Of a stretch of 32,000 bases of DNA, positions 8,227 to 16,212 are shown one piece after another; positions within the stretch are counted from its first letter, which is position 1; each line of letters begins with the position of its first letter. The notes below the pieces were generated by a model. That model was not told the origin of the DNA and ran no database searches. It was given only the letters and a program-made list of their open reading frames with translations. Source of the DNA: Candidatus Korarchaeum cryptofilum OPF8 (lineage in GTDB: Archaea; Korarchaeota; Korarchaeia; Korarchaeales; Korarchaeaceae); NCBI RefSeq assembly GCF_000019605.1, contig NC_010482.1, forward strand, positions 1,080,001 to 1,112,000, in the 5' to 3' direction. The position numbers and the translations under genes are program-made.

Positions 8227-9657
8227 ATGCGGATAGATAGATTTGAGTTCGCTTTCACATTCAATGATGTAATACTTCTACCCGGGAAGACTGAGATAGA
8301 ACCCTCTAACGTCGATTTGACCACTAGGATCGGAAATATAGCTCTGAGCATACCGATACTCTCATCCCCAATGGATACCGTGACGGAGGAGGAGATGTCC
8401 ATCGCCATGGCTAGGATGGGGGGTTTGGGGATACTTCACAGGAACTGCAGCGTTGAGGAACAGGTGAACATGGCTAAAGCTGTTAAAAGAGCTGAATCCT
8501 TCATAATAAGGGATGTCATAACTGTGTCTCCTGAGGACAGCGTTGAAGAAGCGAGGAGGTTGATGAGGGAGCATGGTATCTCGGGCCTCCCCGTGATAGT
8601 CGGGAGGAAGCTAGTAGGGATAGTGACCCGAAGGGACGTTTATTTCGCTGAAAACGGGAGCCTTCTCGTTAAAGATATAATGACAAAGGATCCAATTACT
8701 GTTGGTCCTGAAATAACGCCTCAGGAAGCTAGAAAAATAATGGCGAGGTATAAGATAGAGAAGCTCCCCGTCGTGAGCGAATCCGGTGAGCTAATAGGCC
8801 TGGTAACAGCTAAGGACGTGTTCTATAGGGAATCCCATCCATTCGCTACTAGGGATGAGGAAGGGAGGCTCAGGGTTGGTGCTGCTATATCACCCTTCGA
8901 TATAGATAGAGCGAAGACTCTAGCGCCTTACGTAGATGTATTGGTGACTGATGTAGCCCATTTCCATAATGAGAATGTAATAAGCGCGACTAAGAGGATA
9001 ATAGATGAGGTCGGCGTGCCCGTGATCGCTGGAAATATAGGGACTTATGAGGCTGCTGAGGAGGCGATAACTAGGCTCGATATAATAGGGTTGAGAGTGG
9101 GCATAGGGAGCGGTAGCATATGCACTACCGGTGAGGTCACCGGGGTCGCAGCACCTACTCTCTATGCTGTTGCTTCGGCTAGTGAGGCGGTCAGGAAGTA
9201 CTCTAAGGATGTGGCTGTGATAGCTGACGGTGGGATAAGGGGGCCCGGTGAAGCTGCTAAGGCTTTCGCGATGGGAGCGGATGCTGTAATGCTGGGGTAC
9301 GCCCTCGCTGGCACTAAGGAGGCTCCGGGGTCTACGATGATGATAGGGGGGAAGATGTACAAGATATACAGGGGGATGGGGAGTCCATCTGCTAGGTCGA
9401 AGAGGTTCGCCATGGATAGATATAGCAAGCCCTCCAAGGATATAGCTGAGGGGATAGAAGGTTTAGTCCCCTACAGGGGCGATGTAACTACGGTAGTGGA
9501 TAGATTCGTAGCCGGGCTCAAGGCGGCTTTCGGTTACGTGGGGGCAGCTAATATAAGTGAGATGAAATCGAAGGCTAGAGTTGCGTTGATCTCCCACAGC
9601 GGGATGAGTGAGATAGCGCCTCACGATGTAAAACCATTAGAAAAGATTTCAGATTGA
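8227..9657 (+). CDS. guaB: Inosine-5'-monophosphate dehydrogenase with a CBS pair
   Basis: N-terminal 'FTFNDVILLPG...SSPMDTVTE', two CBS modules, the catalytic loop 'GIGSGSICTT', 'ADGGIRGPGEAAKAFAMGADAVMLG', 'YRGMGS', and C-terminal 'EGIEGLVPYRG...HDV'. Confidence 0.9.
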   Translation: MRIDRFEFAFTFNDVILLPGKTEIEPSNVDLTTRIGNIALSIPILSSPMDTVTEEEMSIAMARMGGLGILHRNCSVEEQVNMAKAVKRAESFIIRDVITVSPEDSVEEARRLMREHGISGLPVIVGRKLVGIVTRRDVYFAENGSLLVKDIMTKDPITVGPEITPQEARKIMARYKIEKLPVVSESGELIGLVTAKDVFYRESHPFATRDEEGRLRVGAAISPFDIDRAKTLAPYVDVLVTDVAHFHNENVISATKRIIDEVGVPVIAGNIGTYEAAEEAITRLDIIGLRVGIGSGSICTTGEVTGVAAPTLYAVASASEAVRKYSKDVAVIADGGIRGPGEAAKAFAMGADAVMLGYALAGTKEAPGSTMMIGGKMYKIYRGMGSPSARSKRFAMDRYSKPSKDIAEGIEGLVPYRGDVTTVVDRFVAGLKAAFGYVGAANISEMKSKARVALISHSGMSEIAPHDVKPLEKISD

Positions 9658-10716
9658 TCAAAAGCTCCTCTCAATCAAGAAGTTAGCTAACTCCCTTATC
9701 TTATCCTTATAAATATTTTCAGGCAGAAGATCTCTGATATCCTCCCAGGAGTCCATGACTATCTTCCTAGCCACATCCCTCGCATAATCTATGGCTCCTT
9801 GCCTCTCCATTATAGATATGGCTTCCTTTATGAGCTCCCTATCGCTAGTGTGCATCGATAGTATCTCTTTAAGCCTCCTCCTCTCTTCCTCACCCGCTCT
9901 GGAGAGTGTAACTATGACCATGAGCGTTATCTTCCCCTCCCTTATATCCTCACCGAATTCCTTACCCAGGTTCTCAGCGCTCCTCAAATTCAATATGTCA
10001 TCTTGGATCTGAAAGGCTACCCCTATCGACTCCGCGAATTTCCCTATTCTCCTCTCTTCCTCCTCACTGAGATCAGCAGCTATAGCTGCGAATCTCGCTG
10101 CCATCCTCGGGAGCACTCCCGTCTTATTAGCGCACATCTCCAAGTAATGCTCAACGCCTACCGTCTCGGGGTCCCTCAGGCCCCTGTGCCACCCTATATC
10201 AGTAGCTTGCCCTATGTGTATCCTTATCATATCCTCTAGGTAAGCGTTAACCAGCCTCCTGTACTTCAGTTCATCCACATTCATCTCCATCAAGATCCTC
10301 AAGGGGAGGAAGTACATAGCTGAGGAGAGGTTCACAGCTATGTCCAATCCGTATTTTATGTGAATAGCTTTATCTCCTCTCCTGACTTCAGCTCCATCCT
10401 CTATATCATCTGCTATCAGAGATCCATTGTGGAGGAGCTCTATTATCAAAGCTAACTCCTTATACCTCTCCAGATCCACGCCCAGGTTCCTAGAGAGGAC
10501 TAGGAATAACCAGGGTCTCCACCTCTTCCCCCCTCTAGATAGTAGATCCCACATGGGCTCAAATATAGCTTTTTCCACAGTTATAGCATCATAGCCACGC
10601 GACTTCTTCCCCATTAGCCACTCCAAATATTCCTCATTGATCCTTCTGGGAAAGTATTTTTCCATTAAGGCATCCAGCCACTCCCTAGCCTCCTTGAGCT
10701 CCCTCTCGATTTCCAT
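9658..10716 (-). CDS. trans-Polyprenyl diphosphate synthase (GGPP-synthase-like)
   Basis: 'GGKRWRP', the first Asp-rich motif 'LLHNGSLIADDIEDGAEVRRG', the second Asp-rich motif 'FQIQDDILNL', and GGAGGTG immediately upstream of the ATG. Confidence 0.85.
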   Translation of the reverse strand: MEIERELKEAREWLDALMEKYFPRRINEEYLEWLMGKKSRGYDAITVEKAIFEPMWDLLSRGGKRWRPWLFLVLSRNLGVDLERYKELALIIELLHNGSLIADDIEDGAEVRRGDKAIHIKYGLDIAVNLSSAMYFLPLRILMEMNVDELKYRRLVNAYLEDMIRIHIGQATDIGWHRGLRDPETVGVEHYLEMCANKTGVLPRMAARFAAIAADLSEEEERRIGKFAESIGVAFQIQDDILNLRSAENLGKEFGEDIREGKITLMVIVTLSRAGEEERRRLKEILSMHTSDRELIKEAISIMERQGAIDYARDVARKIVMDSWEDIRDLLPENIYKDKIRELANFLIERSF

Positions 10717-10805
10717 AGGCCACCTCCCTCAGCTTCCCCATCAACGTATAAATATTTAGAGCCCGCCTGAAGAATGCTGATGAAACTTCCATGAAGTGAG
10801 AGGGC

Positions 10806-12692
10806 TCATCGAACCTTCGAGACCCTCACTCTAGTCGAATTCAAGCAATTTCCCCCATTTATCTGCTGCTTCTCATCTGTTATTAAATCGTTTATGAAAC
10901 CGTCGAGCATTATAGCGCTTCTCCTAGTCCAGATAACCCCCTCAGGCACGCTATTATCTATCTTAACTATCCCAGTAACTCTACCGTACTTAGATTCCAA
11001 AATTACCCTGTCTTCATCATTTATCTCCATTTTCTCACAGTCCAGAGCGTTCATATGAATGAAATCCTGGCTTAAGCCTATCAGATCCTGGGAGGAAGTA
11101 TTCCCGGGGACCGCGCTCGTGATGAGCCTGAAGGGATAATCATCATCCGCCTCCTCCCAAGCTACTACCGGCAGAGGGGAGTATCCGAGCTCCTCCGCGA
11201 TCTTGCTATAAAATTCTATTTTTCCTGATGGCGTTTGGTAGAGATCTTTTGGAGGATATTCCAGTTTTACATAAGGTTTATTTAGAATTTCCTCGAAATT
11301 TTTTATCATCCTGCTCTTAGAGAGAGCTCTCCTTATGGCATCCATAGGATCTTCCTTGAGCCATTCAAGACCCATTCTCTCAGCCAACTCATTAGTAACC
11401 CACCAATTTGGCTTGCTCTCCCCCATGGGCTCCATTACCTTCCTGCTGTAACCGAAGTACTGATGCCACCAACTGGCCACGAAGTCATCCTGCTCCAGCA
11501 TACTCGTCGCTGGGAGCACGATATCCGCTAGCTTCGCGGTCTCCGACCAAACTACTTCGTGGACTACCTTGAAGAGGTCCTTCCTCATCATTCCTTTCCT
11601 GAAGAGAGCCGCATTGGGGAGAGTTGCAGCCGGGTTCGAGTTGTAGATATATATGAACTTGAATTTGCCGTCAGCTAGCAAGCGGGGGACGTCAAGCATA
11701 TTCACCTTCCTCCCGCTCCCGAGGTGGGAGGCTTCCAAGTAATCTATATCGAAATCTCTCCAAGAGTTAGAGTAGAAGAAGCCCCTATGCACTCCCACTA
11801 ACGCTGGGATTAAGGATATCAGCCTCACGGCCTCAGCGCCGTATTTGGTCTTCTGGACTCCCTTCCCTATGTAAGTCACGCTGGGCTTAAGCTCCGAGTA
11901 GCTCTCCGCCAGATCCCTTATCTCCTTCTTGCTGACGGATGTTAGCCTTTCAACGAGATCCGGATTGTATTTCGAGATCAGCGATGCATAATGATCGAAA
12001 CCCTCAGTGTATTTCTCTATGAATCCTGAATCGACCCCGAACTCGTTTATTATATACCAGGAGACTCCAGCTGCTAGTAGCGTATCCGTGCCCGGCTTCG
12101 GTCTCAGATGCTTACCTAGCATAGAGGCCTTAGTGACCCTCGGATCCACGACATATATCTCCCCCCTAGATCTGAGGTCAGCAGCTATTCTGTATGCGTG
12201 AATGCTCGTGGATGATAGGTCAGCGCCCCAGATGACGAGGAGCTTCGCTCTCTCCATGTCCTCAGGGAATGCTCCATACTTAGATCCGAAGTGAAGTTCT
12301 AATGCGAGCTCACCGGCCTCATCGCAGAGAGTATGCTTGACTAGAGTGGCCTTTATAGCGTTGAAGAGCCTAAGAGGGTAATGATAGTTTATTAAGCCCG
12401 TTGTACCAGAGTAATTGTAAACTAAGACCTCCTCCGGGCCGTAATTCTCGATAACGTACTTCAGCCTATCTGAGATCATGCTTAGGGCCTCTTCCCAGCT
12501 TATCCTCTCGAAACCATCTCCCACCCTCAAGTGAGGATAGAGCACTCTCCTCTCCCTGTAATACCTCATGAAGTTCTTGGCCTTCTTACAAGCGAAGCCC
12601 CGGGTCACAGGATGTCCTGGATCCCCTCTTAGCTCATTCCCCTCTATTATGAGAGAGCAGGCACCAGGGCAATCCCTCTGGCATATCGGCAT
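10806..12692 (-). CDS. Cytoplasmic molybdopterin/tungstopterin (bis-PGD, MopB superfamily) oxidoreductase, substrate unknown
   Basis: N-terminal Fe-S motif C4-x3-C8-x3-C12-x22-C35 ('ICQRDCPGACSL...FAC'), no Tat or signal sequence, a candidate Cys metal ligand in 'KHTLCDEAG', and a C-terminal beta-barrel 'INDEDRVILESKYGRV'. The 628-aa length fits DMSO-reductase/formate-dehydrogenase-like enzymes. Confidence 0.85.
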   Translation of the reverse strand: MPICQRDCPGACSLIIEGNELRGDPGHPVTRGFACKKAKNFMRYYRERRVLYPHLRVGDGFERISWEEALSMISDRLKYVIENYGPEEVLVYNYSGTTGLINYHYPLRLFNAIKATLVKHTLCDEAGELALELHFGSKYGAFPEDMERAKLLVIWGADLSSTSIHAYRIAADLRSRGEIYVVDPRVTKASMLGKHLRPKPGTDTLLAAGVSWYIINEFGVDSGFIEKYTEGFDHYASLISKYNPDLVERLTSVSKKEIRDLAESYSELKPSVTYIGKGVQKTKYGAEAVRLISLIPALVGVHRGFFYSNSWRDFDIDYLEASHLGSGRKVNMLDVPRLLADGKFKFIYIYNSNPAATLPNAALFRKGMMRKDLFKVVHEVVWSETAKLADIVLPATSMLEQDDFVASWWHQYFGYSRKVMEPMGESKPNWWVTNELAERMGLEWLKEDPMDAIRRALSKSRMIKNFEEILNKPYVKLEYPPKDLYQTPSGKIEFYSKIAEELGYSPLPVVAWEEADDDYPFRLITSAVPGNTSSQDLIGLSQDFIHMNALDCEKMEINDEDRVILESKYGRVTGIVKIDNSVPEGVIWTRRSAIMLDGFINDLITDEKQQINGGNCLNSTRVRVSKVR

Positions 12693-12724
12693 GCTCCTCT
12701 GAAATCCGAGCCGACTCGCAAATT

Positions 12725-12737
12725 AAAATTTATATAA
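12725..12737. promoter_or_regulatory. Candidate bidirectional TATA-like box (AAAATTTATATAA) between the Mo/W oxidoreductase and ferredoxin genes
   Basis: It is the only strongly AT-rich element in the 83-nt divergent spacer. Its centre is about 39 nt from ATG 12692 (-) and about 45 nt from ATG 12776 (+). Confidence 0.3.
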
Positions 12738-12775
12738 CGCCGTTAACTTTATTAAGAGCTACTTCGCAGTGGGAT

Positions 12776-13009
12776 ATGCCGATCAGAGTTAAGATAGATA
12801 GGTCCCTCTGTATAGGTTGCGGTGTCGCCCCCACCCTCTGCTCGGAGGTCTTCGTCCTTGAGGACGGGAAGAACAGGATAGTCCCGGAGTTCTCCTCGGA
12901 GACTAACGATGAGATCTCGATCGGGGAGGTGAATGATAAGCTTAAAGAATGCGTCGAGACAGCTGCTAAATCATGTCCAGTTGAAGCCATAAGCTTCGAA
13001 ATCTTTTGA
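12776..13009 (+). CDS. Small single-cluster ferredoxin (Thermotoga/Pyrococcus type)
   Basis: 77 aa. 'CIGCGVAPTLCSEVF' plus C-terminal 'KSCPVEAI' follows the layout of monocluster ferredoxins, and the acidic composition fits. Confidence 0.8.
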   Translation: MPIRVKIDRSLCIGCGVAPTLCSEVFVLEDGKNRIVPEFSSETNDEISIGEVNDKLKECVETAAKSCPVEAISFEIF

Positions 13010-13011
13010 TA

Positions 13012-15621
13012 TCATTCCCTCAAAATCTTCTCAATTTCTTTCTGGAATCTCCTGAGGGCGCTCATCTTATCCTCCATGAATATTAGGTCGCTCAAGCCCT
13101 CGAGTATTATGCCGTGAGCGAACGGCGTGGGTACATCGAGCTTCCCCACATCCAAAACCCTTATCTCACCACTCTTTATTCCCTCTAAGACTTCTTGAGC
13201 CCCTCTAATATCCATATAATCCTCCATTATCTCCCTATAAGCTTCCTTAAGTAGGGGAAATTCGTCTATCTCGCTAACTACCTTCAGTAGGTTCTGCGCA
13301 CTTATCTGCTGCTTATTAACGCTTATATCATACCCCTTATAATTCCTCAGGATCATCAGACCCCTCGCAGCTACGTGCCTGAACCTCCTCCTCAGGAGCT
13401 CGGTCTTCTCAACTGCCCTCTTTAGGAGCTCCCTCAGATCGTATTCAGTGAGCTCATCTATCCTAGCGACGGGCTCAACTCCCCTAGGGTATATGACTGA
13501 GAAACCCGTATCCATGACGGAGATACCGAGGTTCCTCCTCAGCCTGCTTCCAGCTAGGTAAGCTAGAGCCCTCGAGAGGGCGTCATTCACCCTCCTGCCG
13601 AAGAGAGAGTGAGTCACTTGGTGAGTCCTACCGGCGTCATCAACATAGCTCTCAATCATTATGACCCTGTTGGACGGCATCTCCTCCACTCTCAATCCCA
13701 GCGATTTCAAGTAAAGGTACTGTTGCTTCAAATATGTGTATATAGCTCTAGCGGCATTCTCGTTAGCGTTGGACATCTCCATTATCATCCTCACCAACTC
13801 CTCATCCTCTTCCCTATCCAGCATCCTGAAAGAGAGCTCCCTGAACTTCCCTATCTCGATAGCCAGCTCATAGCTGAGGGGGAGCATCTCCGAGAACCAA
13901 GACGGTACTGTCGGCTTCTGATCGTATGCGGGCCTCACTTTCACTTTCAGCCCCCTAGCTGAGACGAACTCATATACCCTTCCTCCCAGGACGAACCTGT
14001 CGCCGGGCAGGAGCCTCTCCAGGAACTCCTCCTCCAAGCTTCCGACTAGCTTCCCATCGGTCGTGTATACTTTTGCGTCGACTTCATCCGGTATAGTGCC
14101 GACGTTAGCTGCGTATATGGCCCTTATGTACTTCCCCCTCCTCCCGAACTTCCCCTCACTGGCATCGTACCATATCTTCCCGTAGACCTTCCTGCTCTCC
14201 AGCTGGACGTAATCCCCGGCTAAGTACTTAAGTACGGACTCGAACTCCTCCCAGCTCAGATCCCTGAATGGATAGGCTGATCTGACTAAGTCGAAAGCCT
14301 CCCTGACGTCCCACTTCCTCTCCACGGCCATCCCCACTATGTGTTGAGCGAGCACATCCAGGGGCTTCATCGGTATGTGGACTTTATCGAGCCTCCCTCT
14401 CATAGCCTCCCTCAGCATGACAGCTACCTCAACGGCATCGTCCCTATCTACGACTATGAACCTCCCCTTAGAGACCTCATGCAGCTTATGGCCCGCCCTA
14501 CCTACCCTCTGCAGGGCCCTAGTCACAGATTTCGGGCTCCCTATCTGCACGACCAGATCTATGTAGCCTATATCTATGCCTAACTCCAGGCTGGTCGAAC
14601 TGACTATAGCTCTCAACTCCCCTCTCTTGAGCCTCTCCTCCACATCCCCCCTCACCTGCCTGGATAGGGAGCTGTGGTGAGCAGCTATAGCTTCGTCTAT
14701 CTCGATAGGCTCCATGATCTTCTTGAGATGGAAGACCACCCTCTCAGTCCCGCTCCTCGTATTCGTAAAGATCAGGGTCGTTCTATGCATCCTAACGAGC
14801 TCAGAAATTAGTTCATACATCTTAGATGATACTAAATCGCTGGGAGTATTGACTAGATCATCGACTGGAGAGAGGAGAGCCAGATCGAGGGCTTTAGCCC
14901 AATTAGTCTCAACTATAACGCAATCCCTGGGTCTGCCGTTCTCATATCCGACTAGGAATCGTGCTACTTCCTCCAATGGGTTTATCGTCGCCGATAGACC
15001 TATCCTAACGAAATCCCTTCCAGTCAGATATCTGAGCCTCTCTAAGGACAGTGAGAGGTGGCTCCCCCTCTTGTTCTCAACTAAACTATGTATCTCATCT
15101 ACTATGACCCACCTCACGCTCTTCAGCTTCTCCCTGAACTTAGGAGCCGTTAATATTATTGAGAGGGTCTCCGGAGTAGTTATGAGTATATGAGGTGGCT
15201 TCCTCAACTGCTTGGATTTCTCGGAGGGTGTAGTATCCCCGGTCCTGACGGAATGCCTTATCTCAGGGATTCCCGGGTTCCTCTCCCTTATCTCCCTCAG
15301 AGGGACCTCCAGGTTCCTGTAGATGTCATTGTTCAGTGCCCTCAATGGGGAGACGTAGATCGCGTAAACTGAGTCATCGAGCTCCCCAGTCTCCCCCATC
15401 CTTATGATCTCGCTTATTATCGAGAGAAATGCTGTTAAAGTTTTACCAGTGCCCGTGGGGCTTGAGATGAGCACGTTTTTACCCTCGCTTATCGGTACTA
15501 TCGCTAACCTCTGGGGAGGGCTGAGGGATGGGAAGTTTGAATCGAACCACTCAGCTACAGCTGGATGAAGCACTTCAAGTACCTCTTCCTTGCTATATTC
15601 CTTAACTGCTCTCGCGAACAT
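13012..15621 (-). CDS. lhr: Lhr-family SF2 ATP-dependent helicase (archaeal Lhr)
   Basis: Motif I 'SSPTGTGKT', motif II 'VDEIHS', motif VI 'QRVGRAGH', and a long C-terminal winged-helix/Lhr-associated region. The N-terminus 'LHPAVAEWFDSNF..PPQRLAI' is typical of Lhr. The start is ATG 15621 (preferred) or GTG 15648. Confidence 0.85.
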   Translation of the reverse strand: MFARAVKEYSKEEVLEVLHPAVAEWFDSNFPSLSPPQRLAIVPISEGKNVLISSPTGTGKTLTAFLSIISEIIRMGETGELDDSVYAIYVSPLRALNNDIYRNLEVPLREIRERNPGIPEIRHSVRTGDTTPSEKSKQLRKPPHILITTPETLSIILTAPKFREKLKSVRWVIVDEIHSLVENKRGSHLSLSLERLRYLTGRDFVRIGLSATINPLEEVARFLVGYENGRPRDCVIVETNWAKALDLALLSPVDDLVNTPSDLVSSKMYELISELVRMHRTTLIFTNTRSGTERVVFHLKKIMEPIEIDEAIAAHHSSLSRQVRGDVEERLKRGELRAIVSSTSLELGIDIGYIDLVVQIGSPKSVTRALQRVGRAGHKLHEVSKGRFIVVDRDDAVEVAVMLREAMRGRLDKVHIPMKPLDVLAQHIVGMAVERKWDVREAFDLVRSAYPFRDLSWEEFESVLKYLAGDYVQLESRKVYGKIWYDASEGKFGRRGKYIRAIYAANVGTIPDEVDAKVYTTDGKLVGSLEEEFLERLLPGDRFVLGGRVYEFVSARGLKVKVRPAYDQKPTVPSWFSEMLPLSYELAIEIGKFRELSFRMLDREEDEELVRMIMEMSNANENAARAIYTYLKQQYLYLKSLGLRVEEMPSNRVIMIESYVDDAGRTHQVTHSLFGRRVNDALSRALAYLAGSRLRRNLGISVMDTGFSVIYPRGVEPVARIDELTEYDLRELLKRAVEKTELLRRRFRHVAARGLMILRNYKGYDISVNKQQISAQNLLKVVSEIDEFPLLKEAYREIMEDYMDIRGAQEVLEGIKSGEIRVLDVGKLDVPTPFAHGIILEGLSDLIFMEDKMSALRRFQKEIEKILRE

Positions 15622-15809
15622 TTCTTCCCCTCTCCGAGGTGCATCCACTCATCATAAAACCTTCGGGGCCCCGATAGACCCCCTAACCCAGTATATATTG
15701 ACGCTTTAGGTCATTAGGTTAAATTTTTTAAGGATATATCATATTAGAATTTTATTTTTTGGCTATTTTTAGTCCTAAATTCTTTATTGGATGACCTCTC
15801 TATGGGCAG

Positions 15810-16211
15810 GTGACTCGACTGAGGCTCGAGGTCGTGGATCCAGATATATGCGTAGGCTGTATGTCATGTATGTTCGCTTGCTCCAGGAGATTCGGGGATG
15901 CTGGCTTGAATTACTCAGCTATACAAGTGAGGAGCGTTGGAGGTGTCGAGAGGGGCTTCACGGTCATCGTGTGTAGGGCTTGCAGCGATCCATCGTGCAT
16001 GAAGGTCTGTCCCACCTCGGCCCTGAGGTCGAGGGAGGGGGGAGGAGTCATATTGGATTCTAGGCTATGCATAGGCTGTGGGTACTGCGTTAAAGCCTGC
16101 CCATTCGGAGCTATCTTCTGGGATTGCGTCAATGACAAGCCAGTGATATGCACTCATTGTGGCCTATGCGTCGACTTCTGCCCTTACGGTGTGATAAAGC
16201 TAGGTGGTTGA
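15810..16211 (+). CDS. Four-cluster [4Fe-4S] ferredoxin-like electron-transfer subunit (AOR partner)
   Basis: Four Cys motifs: 'CVGCMSCMFAC', 'CRACSDPSCMKVCP', 'CIGCGYCVKACP' and 'CTHCGLCVDFCP'. GTG 15810 is the only in-frame start after the stop at 15792. Its own stop (16209-16211) lies 1 nt before the AOR ATG. Confidence 0.85.
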   Translation: MTRLRLEVVDPDICVGCMSCMFACSRRFGDAGLNYSAIQVRSVGGVERGFTVIVCRACSDPSCMKVCPTSALRSREGGGVILDSRLCIGCGYCVKACPFGAIFWDCVNDKPVICTHCGLCVDFCPYGVIKLGG

Positions 16212-16212
16212 A

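Noticed and set aside
12730-12990. A minus-strand 86-aa ORF overlapping the ferredoxin gene.
   Set aside because: The plus-strand product has the ferredoxin Cys pattern and the minus-strand product has no motifs. It is a shadow ORF.
13609-15372. Several plus-strand ORFs (60-159 aa) inside the Lhr gene, and similar ORFs inside gltX, guaB, AOR, XPD, aroE and the opp genes.
   Set aside because: They are antisense or out-of-frame shadows within strongly supported CDS and none has motifs or plausible start signals.
15664-15673. A perfect 10-bp GC palindrome CGGGGCCCCG in the Lhr / AOR-operon divergent spacer.
   Set aside because: It is a single occurrence with no second half-site or repeat. It could be an operator or a 5'-UTR hairpin, but I cannot support either from sequence alone.
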